From Eledone cirrhosa (taxonomy: Eukaryota): 64,000 nucleotides of DNA. Below the pieces are notes generated by a model. That model saw nothing but the letters and a program-made list of their open reading frames with translations, was not told the DNA's origin and ran no database searches. Shown in pieces: positions 1 through 11,250 of this stretch. The position numbers and the translations under genes were made by a program. The stretch covers positions 133,486,001-133,550,000 of the forward strand of contig OZ024744.1 in NCBI GenBank assembly GCA_964016885.1. Direction: 5' to 3'. Within the stretch, counting starts at the first letter, position 1. Each line of letters starts with the position of its first letter.

Positions 1-2244
1 GGTTAAGTTAAGTTGGGGTTAAATTAAGTTGGGGTTAAATTAAGTTGGGGTTAAGTTAAGTTGGGGGTAAGTTAAGTTGGGGGCAAGTTAAGTTGGGGTT
101 AATTTAAGTTGGGGTTAAATTAAGTTGGGGTTAAGTTAAGTTGGGGTTAAGTTAAGTGGTGGTTATGTTAAGTTGGGGTTAAGTTAAGTTGGGGTTGAGT
201 TAAGTTGGGGTTGAGTGAAGTTGGGGTTAAGTTAAGTTGGGGTTAATTTATGTTGGGTTTAAGTTAAGTCGGGGTTAAGTTAAGTTGGGGTTGAGTTAAG
301 TTGGGGTTAATTTAAGTTGGGGCTAAGTTAATTTGTGGTTAAGTTAAGTTGGGGTTAAGTTAAGTTGGGGTTAAGTTAAGTTGGGGTTAAGTTAGGTTGT
401 GGTTAATTTAAGTTGGGTCTAATTAAGTTGGGGTTAAGTTAAGTTGGGGTTAAGTTAAGTTGGGGTGGAGTTAATTTGGGGTTAACTTAAGTTGGGGGTA
501 CTTAAGTTGGGTTTAAGTTAAGTGGGGTTAAGTTAAGTTGGGGTTAAGTTAAGTTGGGGTTAAGTTAAGTTGGGGGTAAGTTAAGTTGGGGGTAAGTTAA
601 GTTGGGGTTAATTTAAGTTGGGTCAAATTAAGTTGGGGTTAATTTAAGTTGGGGTTAAGTTAAGTTGGAGTTAAATTAAGTTGGGGTTAAGTTAAGTTGG
701 GGTTAAATTAAGTTGGGGTTAAGTTAAGTTGGGGTTAAGTTAAGTTGGGGTTAAGTTAAGTTGGGGGTAAGTTAAGTTGGTGGTAAGTTAAGTTGGGGGT
801 AAGTTAAGATGGGGTTAAGTTAAGTTGGGGTTAAGTTAATTTGGGGTTAGGGTTAAGTTAAGTTGGGTTGAGTTAAGTTGGGGTTAAATTAAGATGGGGT
901 TAAGTTAAGTTGGGGTTAAGTTGGGGTTAAGTTAAGTTAGGGTTAAGTTAAGTTGGGGTTAAGTTGAGTTGGGGTTAAGTTAAGTTGCGGTTAATTTAAG
1001 TTGGGGTTAATTTAAGTTGGGGTTAAGTTAAGTTGGGGTGAAGTTAAGTTGGGGTTAAGTTAAGTTGGGGTTAAGTTAAGTTGGGGTTTAGTTAAGTTGG
1101 GGTTAAATTAAGTTGGGGTTAAGTTAAGTTGGGGTTAAGTTAAGTTGGGGTTAAGTTAAGATGGGGTTAAGTTAAGTTGGGGTTAAGTTGGGGTTAAGTT
1201 AAGTTAGGGTTAAGTTAAGTTGGGGTTGAGTTAAGTTGGGGTTAAGTTAAGTGGTGGTTATGTTAAGTTGGGGTTAAGTTAAGTTGGGGTTAATTTAAAT
1301 TGGGGTTAAGTTAACTTTGTGGTTAAGTTAAGTTGGGGTTAAGTTAAGTTGGGGTTAAGTTAAGTTGGGGCTGAGTTAAGTTGGGGATGAGTGAAGTTGG
1401 GGTTAAGTTAAGTTGGGGTTAAGTTAAGTTGGCGTTAAGTTAAGTTGGGTTTGAGTTAAGTTGGGGTTGAGTTAATTTAGGGTTAAGTTAAGTTGGGGTT
1501 AAGTTAAGTTGGGTTTCAGTTAAGTTGGGGTTAAGTTAAGTTGGGGTCAAGTTAAGTTGGGGTTAAGTTAAGTTGGGGTTAAGTCAAGTTGGGGTTAAGT
1601 TAAGTTAGGGTTAATTTAGTTGGGGTTAAGTTAAGTTGGGGCTAAGTTAATTTGGGGCTAAGTTAAGTTGGGGCTAAGTTAAGTTGGGGTTAAGTTAAGT
1701 TGGGATTAAGTTAAGGTGGGGTTAATTTAAGTTGGGGTCAACTTAAATTGGGGTTAAGTTAAGTTGGGGTTAAGTTAAGTTGGGGTTAAATTAAGTTGGG
1801 GTTAAGTTAAGTTGGGGTTAAGTTAAGTTGGGGCTAAGTTAAGTTGGGCTGAGTTAAGTTGGGGCTGAGTTAAGTTGGGGTTAAGTTAAGTTGGGGTTGA
1901 GTTAAGTTGGGGTTAAGTTAAGTTGGGGTTAAGTTAAGTTGGGGTTAAGTTGGGGTTAAGTTAAGTTAGGGTTAAGTTAAGTTGGGGTTGAGTTAAGTTG
2001 GGGTTAAGTTAAGTGGTGGTTATGTTAAGTTGGGGTTAAGTTAAGTTGGGGTTAATTTAAATTGGGGTTAAGTTAACTTTGTGGTTAAGTTAAGTTGGGC
2101 TTAAGTTAAGTTGGGGTTCAGTTAAGTTGGTGTTAAGTTAAATTGGGGTTAAGTTAAGTTGGGGTTAAGTTAAGTTGGGGTTAAGTTAAGTTGGGGTTAA
2201 GTTAGATTGTGGTTAAGTTAAGTTGGGGTTAAGTTAAGTTGGCG

Positions 2245-5200
2245 TTAAGTTAAGTTGGGGTTAAGTTAAGTTGGGGGTAAGTTAAGTTGGGGGTAAGTTA
2301 AGTTGGGGTTAATTTAAGTTGGGTCAAATTAAGTTGGGGTTAAGTTAAGTTGGGGTTAAGTTAAGTTGGCGTTAAATTAAGTTGGGGTTAAGTTAAGTTG
2401 GGGTTAAATTAAGTTGGGGTTAAGTTAAGTTGGGGTTAAGTTAAGTTGGGGTTAAGTTAAGTTGGGGGTAAGTTAAGTTGGTGGTAAGTTAAGTTGGGGG
2501 TAAGTTAAGATGGGGTAAGTTAAGTTGGGTTTAAGTTAATTTGGGGTTAAGTTAGGGTTAAGTTAAGTTGGGGTTGAGTTAAGTTGGGGTTAAGTTAAGT
2601 TGGGGTTATGTTAAATTGGAGTTAAGTTAAGTTGGGGTTAAGTTGAGTTGGGGTTCAGTTAAGTTGCGGTTGATTTAAGTTGGGGTTAAGTTAAGTTGGG
2701 GTTAAGTTAAGTTGGGGTTAAGTTAAGTTGGGGTTAATTTAAGTTGGGGTTAAGTTAAGTTGGGGTTAAGTTAAGTTGGGGTTAAGTTAGTTTGGGGTTA
2801 AGTTAAGTTGGGGTTAAATTAAGTTGGGGTTAAGTTAAGTTGGGGTTAAGTTAAGTTGGGGTTGAGTTAAGTTGGGGTTGAGTTAATTTGGGGTTGACTT
2901 AAGTTGGGGGTACTTAAGTAGGATTTAAGTTAAGTGGGGTTAAGTTAGGTTGTGGTTAAGTTAAGTTGGGGGTAAGTTAAGTTGGGGGTAAGTTAAGTTG
3001 GGGTTAATTTAAGTTGGGTCTAATTAAGTTGGGGTTAAGTTAAGTTGGGGTTAAGTTAAGTTGGGGTTAAATTAAGTTGGGGTTAAGTTAAGTTGAGGTT
3101 AAATTAAGTTGGGGTTAAGTTAAGTTGGGGTTAAGTTAAGTTGGGGTTAAGTTAAGTTGGGGTCAAGTTAAGTGGTGGTTATGTTAAGTTGGGGTTAAGT
3201 TAAGTTGGGGTTGAGTTAAGTTGGGGTTGAGTTAAGTTGGGGTTGAGTTAAGTTGGGGTTGAGTGAAGTTGGGGTTAAGTTAAGTTGGGGTTAATTTATG
3301 TTGGGGTTAAGTTAAGTTGGGGTTAAGTTAAGTTGGGGTTAAGTTAAGTTGGGGTTAAGTTAAATTGGGGTTGAGTTAAGTTGGGGTTGAGTTAATTTAG
3401 GGTTAAGTTAAGTTGGGGTTAAGTTAAGTTGGGTTTAAGTTAAGTTGGGGTTAAATTAAGTTGGGGTTAAGTTAAGTTGGGGGTAAGTTAAGTTGGTGTT
3501 AAGTTAAGTTGGGGTTAAGTTAAGTTGGGGTTGAATTAAGTTGGGGTTAAGTTAAGTTGGGGTTAAGTTAAGTTGGGGTTAATTTAAATTGGGGTTTAGT
3601 TAAGTTGGGGTTAAGTTAAGTTGGGTTTATATTAAGTTGGGGTTAAGTTAAGTTGGGGTTAAGTCAAGTTGGGGTTCAGTTAAGTTGCGGTTAATTTAAG
3701 TTGGGGTTAAGTTAAGTTGGGGTTAAGTTAAGTTGGGGTTAAGTTAAGTTGGGGTTAAGTTAAGTTGGGGTTAAGTTAAGTTGGGGGAAAGTTAAGTTGG
3801 GGGTAAGTTAAGTTGGGGGTAAGTTAAGTTGGGGTTAAGTTAAGTTGGGGTTAAGTTAAGTTAGGGTTAAGTTAAGTTGGGGTTGAGTTAAGTTGGGGTT
3901 AAGTTAAGTTGGGGTTATGTTAAGTTGGGGTTAAGTTAAGTTGCGGTTAAGTTAAGTTGGGGTTAAGTTAAGTTGGGGTTAAGTTAAATTGGGGTTAAGT
4001 TAAGTTGCGGTTAAGTTAAGTTGGGGTTAAGTTAAGTTGGGGTTAATTTAAGTTGGGGTTAAGTTAAGTTGCGGGTGATTTAAGTTGGGGTTAAGTTAAG
4101 TTGGGGTTAAGTTAAGTTGGGGTTAAGTTAAGTTAGGGTTAAGTTAAGTTGGGGTTGAGTTAAGTTGGGGTTAAGTTAAGTTGGGGTTATGTTAAGTTGG
4201 GGTTAAGTTAAGTTGCGGTTAAGTTAAGTTGGGGTTAAGTTAAGTTGGGGTTAAGTTAAATTGGGGTTAAGTTAAGTTGGGGTTAAGTTAAGTTGGGGTT
4301 AAGTTAAGTTGGGGTTAAGTTAGATTGTGGTTAAGTTAACTTGGGGTTAAGTTAAGTTGGGGTTAAGTTAAGTTGGGGTTAAGTTGAGGCGGGGTTAAGT
4401 TGAGTTGGGGTTAAGTTAAGTTGGGGTTAAGTTAAGTTCGGGTTAACTTAAGTTGGGGGTACTTAAGTTGGGTTTAAGTTAAGTGGGGTTAAGTTAAGTT
4501 GGGGTTAAGTTATGTTGGGGTTAAGTTAAGTTGGGGTTAAGTTAGGTTGTGGTTAAGTTAAGTTGGGGGTAAGTTAAGTTGGGGGTAAGTTAAGTTGGGG
4601 TTAATTTAAGTTGGGTCTAATTAAGTTGGGGTTAAGTTAAGTTGGGGTTAAGTTAAGTTGGGGTTGAGTTAATTTGGGGTTAACTTAAGTTGGGGGTACT
4701 TAAGTTGGGTTTAAGTTAAGTTGGGTTAAGTTAAGTTGGGGTTAAGTTAAGTTGGGGTTAAGTTAAGTTGGGGGTAAGTTAAGTTGGGGGTAAGTTAAGT
4801 TGGGGTTAATTTAAGTTGGGTCAAATTAAGTTGGGGTTAATTTAAGTTGGGGTTAAGTTAAGTTGGGGTTAAATTAAGTTGGGGTTAAGTTAAGTTGGGG
4901 TTAAATTAAGTTGGGGTTAAGTTAAGTTGGGGTTAAGTTAAGTGGGGGTTAAGTTAAGTTGGGGTTGAGTTAAGTTGGGGTTAAGTTAAGTTGGGATTAA
5001 GTTAAGTTGGGGTTAAGTTAAGTTGGGGTTAAGTTAAGTTGGGGTTTAGTTAAGTTGGGGTTCAGTTAAGTTGGGGTTAAGTTAAGTTTGGGTTAAGTTG
5101 GGGTTAAATTAATTTGGGGTTAAGTTAATTTGGGGTTTAGTTAAGTTAGGGTTAAGTTAAGTTGGGGTTAATTTAAGTTGGGGTTAAGTTAAGTTGCGGG

Positions 5201-8200
5201 TGATTTAAGTTGGGGTTAAGTTAAGTTGGGGTTAAGTTAAGTTGGGGTTAAGTTGGGGTTAAGTTAAGTTGGGGGAAAGTTAAGTTGGGGGTAAGTTAAT
5301 TTGGGGGTAAGTTAAGTTGGGGTTAAGCTAAGTTGGGGTTAAGTTAAGTTAGGGTTAAGTTGGGGTTGAGTTAAGTTGGGGTTAAGTTAAGTTGGGGTTA
5401 TGTTAAGTTGGGGTTAAGTTAAGTTGCGGTTAAGTTAAGTTGGGGTTAAGTTAAGTTGCGGTTAAGTTAAATTGGGGTTAAGTTAAGTTGGGGTTAAGTT
5501 AAGTTGGGGTTAAGTTAAGTTGGGGTTAAGTTAGATTGTGGTTAAGTTAAGTTGGGGTTAAGTTAAGTTGGGGTTAAGTTAAGTTGGGGTTAAGTTAAGG
5601 CGGGGTTAAGTTGAGTTGGGGTTAAGTTAAGTTGGGGTTAAGTAAAGTTGGGGTTAAGTTAAGTTGTGGTTAAGTTAAGTTGGGGTTAAGTTAAGTTGGG
5701 GTTAAATTAAGTTGGGGTTAAATTAAGTTGGGGTTAAGTTAAGTTGGGGGTAAGTTAAGTTGGGGGCAAGTTAAGTTGGGGTTAAGTTAAGTTGGGGTTA
5801 AATTAAGTTGGGGTTAAGTTAAGTTGGGGTTAAGTTAAGTTGCGGTTAAGTTAAGTTGGGGTTAACTTAAGTTGGGGGTACTTAAGTTGGGTTTAAGTTA
5901 AGTGGGGTTAAGTTAAGTTGGGGTTAAGTTAAGTAGGGGTTAAGTTAAGTTGGGGTTAAGTTAGGTTGTGGTTAAGTTAAGTTGGGGGTAAGTTAAGTTG
6001 GGGGTAAGTTAAGTTGGGGTTAATTTAAGTTGGGTCTAATTAAGTTGGGGTTAAGTTAAGTTGGGGTTAAGTTTAGTTGGGGTTGAGTTAATTTGGGGTT
6101 AACTTAAGTTGGGGGTACTTAAGTTGGGTTTAAGTTAAGTGGGGTTAAGTTAAGTTGGGGTTAAGTTAAGTTGGGGTTAAGTTAAGTTGGGGGTAAGTTA
6201 AGTTGGGGGTAAGTTAAGTTGGGTCAAATTAAGTTGGGGTTAATTTAAGTTGGGGTTAAGCTAAGTTGGGGTTAAATTAAGTTGGGGTTAAGTTAAGTTG
6301 GGGGTAAGTTAAGTTGGTGGGAAGTTAAGTTGTGGGTAAGTTAAGATGGGGTTAAGTTAAGTTGGGGTTAAGTTAATTTGGGGTTAAGTTAAGTTGGGGG
6401 TAAGTTAAGTTGGTGGTAAGTTAAGTTGTGGGTAAGTTAAGATGGGGTTAAGTTAAGTTGGGGTTAAGTTAATTTGGGGTTAAGTTAGGGTTAAGTTAAG
6501 TTGGGTAGAGTTAAGTTGGGGTTAAATTAAGTTGGGGTTAAGTTAAGTTGGGGTTAAGTTAAGTTGGGGTTAAGTTAGGTTGTGGTTAAGTTAAGTTGGG
6601 GGTAAGTTAAGTTGGGGGTAAGTTAAGTTGGGGTTTATTTAAGTTGGGTCTAATTAAGTTGGGGTTAAGTTAAGTTGGGGTTAAGTTAAGTTGGGGTTAA
6701 ATTAAGTTGGGGTTAAGTTAAGTTGAGGTTAAATTAAGTTGGGGTTAAGTTAAGTTGGGGTTAAGTTAAGTTGGGGTTAAGTTAAGTTGGGGTTAAATTA
6801 AGTTGGGGTTAAATTAAGTTGGGGTTAAGTTAAGTTGGGGGTAAGTTAAGTTGGGGGCAAGTTAAGTTGGGGTTAAGTTAAGTTGGGGTTAAATTAAGTT
6901 GGGGTTAAGTTAAGTTGGGGTTAAGTTAAGTGGTGGTTATGTTAAGTTGGGGTTAAGTTAAGTTGGGGTTGAGTTAAGTTGGGGTTGAGTGAAGTTGGGG
7001 TTAAGTTAAGTTGGGGTTAATTTATGTTGGGGTTAAGTTAAGTCGGGGTTAAGTTAAGTTGGGGTTGAGTTAAGTTGGGGTTAATTTAAGTTTGGGTTAA
7101 GTTAAGTTGGGGTTAAGTTAAGGCGGGGTTAAGTTGAGTTGGGGTTAAGTTAAGTTGGGGTTAAGTTAAGTTGGGGTTGAGTTAATTTGGGGTTAACTTA
7201 AGTTGGGGGTACTTAAGTTGGGTTTAAGTTAAGTGGGGTTAAGTTAAGTTGGGGTTAAGTTAAGTTGGGGTTAAGTTAAGTTGGGGTTAAGTTATGTTGT
7301 GGTTAAGTTAAGTTGGGGGTAAGTTAAGTTGGGGGTAAGTTAAGTTGGGGTTAATTTAAGTTGGGTCTAATTAAGTTGGGGTTAAGTTAAGTTGGGGTTA
7401 AGTTAAGTTGGGGTTGAGTTAATTTGGGGTTAACTTAAGTTGGGGGTACTTAAGTTGGGTTTAAGTTAAGTGGGGTTAAGTTAAGTTGGGGTTAAGTTAA
7501 GTTGGGGTTAAGTTAAGTTGGGGGTAAGTTAAGTTGGGGGTAAGTTAAGTTGGGGTTAATTTAAGTTGGGTCAAATTAAGTTGGGGTTAAGTTAAGTTGG
7601 GGTTAAGTTAAGTTGGCGTTAAATTAAGTTGGGGTTAAGTTAAGTTGGGGTTAAATTAAGTTGGGGTTAAGTTAAGTTGGGGTTAAGTTAAGTTGGGGTT
7701 AAGTTAAGTTGGGGGTAAGTTAAGTTGGTGGTAAGTTAAGTTGGGGGTAAGTTAAGATGGGGTAAGTTAAGTTGGGTTTAAGTTAATTTGGGGTTAAGTT
7801 AGGGTTAAGTTAAGTTGGGGTTGAGTTAAGTTGGGGTTAAGTTAAGTTGGGGTTATGTTAAATTGGAGTTAAGTTAAGTTGGGGTTAAGTTGAGTTGGGG
7901 TTCAGTTAAGTTGCGGTTGATTTAAGTTGGGGTTAAGTTAAGTTGGGGTTAAGTTAAGTTGGGGTTAAGTTAAGTTGGGGTTAATTTAAGTTGGGGTTAA
8001 GTTAAGTTGGGGTTAAGTTAAGTTGGGGTTAAGTTAGTTTGGGGTTAAGTTAAGTTGGGGTTAAATTAAGTTGGGGTTAAGTTAAGTTGGGGTTAAGTTA
8101 AGTTGGGGTTGAGTTAAGTTGGGGTTGAGTTAATTTGGGGTTGACTTAAGTTGGGGGTACTTAAGTAGGATTTAAGTTAAGTGGGGTTAAGTTAGGTTGT

Positions 8201-11200
8201 GGTTAAGTTAAGTTGGGGGTAAGTTAAGTTGGGGGTAAGTTAAGTTGGGGTTAATTTAAGTTGGGTCTAATTAAGTTGGGGTTAAGTTAAGTTGGGGTTA
8301 AGTTAAGTTGGGGTTAAATTAAGTTGGGGTTAAGTTAAGTTGAGGTTAAATTAAGTTGGGGTTAAGTTAAGTTGGGGTTAAGTTAAGTTGGGGTTAAGTT
8401 AAGTTGGGGTCAAGTTAAGTGGTGGTTATGTTAAGTTGGGGTTAAGTTAAGTTGGGGTTGAGTTAAGTTGGGGTTGAGTTAAGTTGGGGTTGAGTTAAGT
8501 TGGGGTTGAGTGAAGTTGGGGTTAAGTTAAGTTGGGGTTAATTTATGTTGGGGTTAAGTTAAGTTGGGGTTAAGTTAAGTTGGGGTTAAGTTAAGTTGGG
8601 GTTAAGTTAAATTGGGGTTGAGTTAAGTTGGGGTTGAGTTAATTTAGGGTTAAGTTAAGTTGGGGTTAAGTTAAGTTGGGTTTAAGTTAAGTTGGGGTTA
8701 AATTAAGTTGGGGTTAAGTTAAGTTGGGGGTAAGTTAAGTTGGTGTTAAGTTAAGTTGGGGTTAAGTTAAGTTGGGGTTGAATTAAGTTGGGGTTAAGTT
8801 AAGTTGGGGTTAAGTTAAGTTGGGGTTAATTTAAATTGGGGTTTAGTTAAGTTGGGGTTAAGTTAAGTTGGGTTTATATTAAGTTGGGGTTAAGTTAAGT
8901 TGGGGTTAAGTCAAGTTGGGGTTCAGTTAAGTTGCGGTTAATTTAAGTTGGGGTTAAGTTAAGTTGGGGTTAAGTTAAGTTGGGGTTAAGTTAAGTTGGG
9001 GTTGAGTTAAGTTGGGGTTAAGTTAAGTTGGGGGAAAGTTAAGTTGGGGGTAAGTTAAGTTGGGGGTAAGTTAAGTTGGGGTTAAGTTAAGTTGGGGTTA
9101 AGTTAAGTTAGGGTTAAGTTAAGTTGGGGTTGAGTTAAGTTGGGGTTAAGTTAAGTTGGGGTTATGTTAAGTTGGGGTTAAGTTAAGTTGCGGTTAAGTT
9201 AAGTTGGGGTTAAGTTAAGTTGGGGTTAAGTTAAATTGGGGTTAAGTTAAGTTGCGGTTAAGTTAAGTTGGGGTTAAGTTAAGTTGGGGTTAATTTAAGT
9301 TGGGGTTAAGTTAAGTTGCGGGTGATTTAAGTTGGGGTTAAGTTAAGTTGGGGTTAAGTTAAGTTGGGGTTAAGTTAAGTTAGGGTTAAGTTAAGTTGGG
9401 GTTGAGTTAAGTTGGGGTTAAGTTAAGTTGGGGTTATGTTAAGTTGGGGTTAAGTTAAGTTGCGGTTAAGTTAAGTTGGGGTTAAGTTAAGTTGGGGTTA
9501 AGTTAAATTGGGGTTAAGTTAAGTTGGGGTTAAGTTAAGTTGGGGTTAAGTTAAGTTGGGGTTAAGTTAGATTGTGGTTAAGTTAACTTGGGGTTAAGTT
9601 AAGTTGGGGTTAAGTTAAGTTGGGGTTAAGTTGAGGCGGGGTTAAGTTGAGTTGGGGTTAAGTTAAGTTGGGGTTAAGTTAAGTTCGGGTTAACTTAAGT
9701 TGGGGGTACTTAAGTTGGGTTTAAGTTAAGTGGGGTTAAGTTAAGTTGGGGTTAAGTTATGTTGGGGTTAAGTTAAGTTGGGGTTAAGTTAGGTTGTGGT
9801 TAAGTTAAGTTGGGGGTAAGTTAAGTTGGGGGTAAGTTAAGTTGGGGTTAATTTAAGTTGGGTCTAATTAAGTTGGGGTTAAGTTAAGTTGGGGTTAAGT
9901 TAAGTTGGGGTTGAGTTAATTTGGGGTTAACTTAAGTTGGGGGTACTTAAGTTGGGTTTAAGTTAAGTTGGGTTAAGTTAAGTTGGGGTTAAGTTAAGTT
10001 GGGGTTAAGTTAAGTTGGGGGTAAGTTAAGTTGGGGGTAAGTTAAGTTGGGGTTAATTTAAGTTGGGTCAAATTAAGTTGGGGTTAATTTAAGTTGGGGT
10101 TAAGTTAAGTTGGGGTTAAATTAAGTTGGGGTTAAGTTAAGTTGGGGTTAAATTAAGTTGGGGTTAAGTTAAGTTGGGGTTAAGTTAAGTGGGGGTTAAG
10201 TTAAGTTGGGGTTGAGTTAAGTTGGGGTTAAGTTAAGTTGGGATTAAGTTAAGTTGGGGTTAAGTTAAGTTGGGGTTAAGTTAAGTTGGGGTTTAGTTAA
10301 GTTGGGGTTCAGTTAAGTTGGGGTTAAGTTAAGTTTGGGTTAAGTTGGGGTTAAATTAATTTGGGGTTAAGTTAATTTGGGGTTTAGTTAAGTTAGGGTT
10401 AAGTTAAGTTGGGGTTAATTTAAGTTGGGGTTAAGTTAAGTTGCGGGTGATTTAAGTTGGGGTTAAGTTAAGTTGGGGTTAAGTTAAGTTGGGGTTAAGT
10501 TGGGGTTAAGTTAAGTTGGGGGAAAGTTAAGTTGGGGGTAAGTTAATTTGGGGGTAAGTTAAGTTGGGGTTAAGCTAAGTTGGGGTTAAGTTAAGTTAGG
10601 GTTAAGTTGGGGTTGAGTTAAGTTGGGGTTAAGTTAAGTTGGGGTTATGTTAAGTTGGGGTTAAGTTAAGTTGCGGTTAAGTTAAGTTGGGGTTAAGTTA
10701 AGTTGGGGTTAAGTTAAATTGGGGTTAAGTTAAGTTGGGGTTAAGTTAAGTTGGGGTTAAGTTAAGTTGGGGTTAAGTTAGATTGTGGTTAAGTTAAGTT
10801 GGGGTTAAGTTAAGTTGGGGTTAAGTTAAGTTGGGGTTAAGTTAAGGCGGGGTTAAGTTGAGTTGGGGTTAAGTTAAGTTGGGGTTAAGTAAAGTTGGGG
10901 TTAAGTTAAGTTGTGGTTAAGTTAAGTTGGGGTTAAGTTAAGTTGGGGTTAAATTAAGTTGGGGTTAAATTAAGTTGGGGTTAAGTTAAGTTGGGGGTAA
11001 GTTAAGTTGGGGGCAAGTTAAGTTGGGGTTAAGTTAAGTTGGGGTTAAATTAAGTTGGGGTTAAGTTAAGTTGGGGTTAAGTTAAGTTGCGGTTAAGTTA
11101 AGTTGGGGTTAACTTAAGTTGGGGGTACTTAAGTTGGGTTTAAGTTAAGTGGGGTTAAGTTAAGTTGGGGTTAAGTTAAGTAGGGGTTAAGTTAAGTTGG

Positions 11201-11250
11201 GGTTAAGTTAGGTTGTGGTTAAGTTAAGTTGGGGGTAAGTTAAGTTGGGG
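2245..11250 (+). repeat. Direct duplication of about 3.76 kb: ~2245-6003 copied at ~7492-11250 (offset 5247)
   Basis: Rare markers at a constant offset of 5247: GGCGTTAAATT (C 2370/7617), TAGGATTT (G 2921/8168), GGGTTTATATT (3623/8870), TTGAGGCGGGG (4384/9631), TTAGGTTGTGG (5961/11208). Confidence 0.9.

Noticed and set aside
841-852. TTAGGG hexamers as vertebrate-type telomeric or interstitial telomeric sequence
   Set aside because: They are isolated G>A variants of the TTGGGG part of the monomer and never form tandem TTAGGG runs.
2911-2920. Short palindromes (TACTTAAGTA here, AACTTAAGTT elsewhere) as operators or hairpins
   Set aside because: They arise from one or two substitutions in a TTAA-rich monomer, are only 10 bp long and have no adjacent gene or terminator context.
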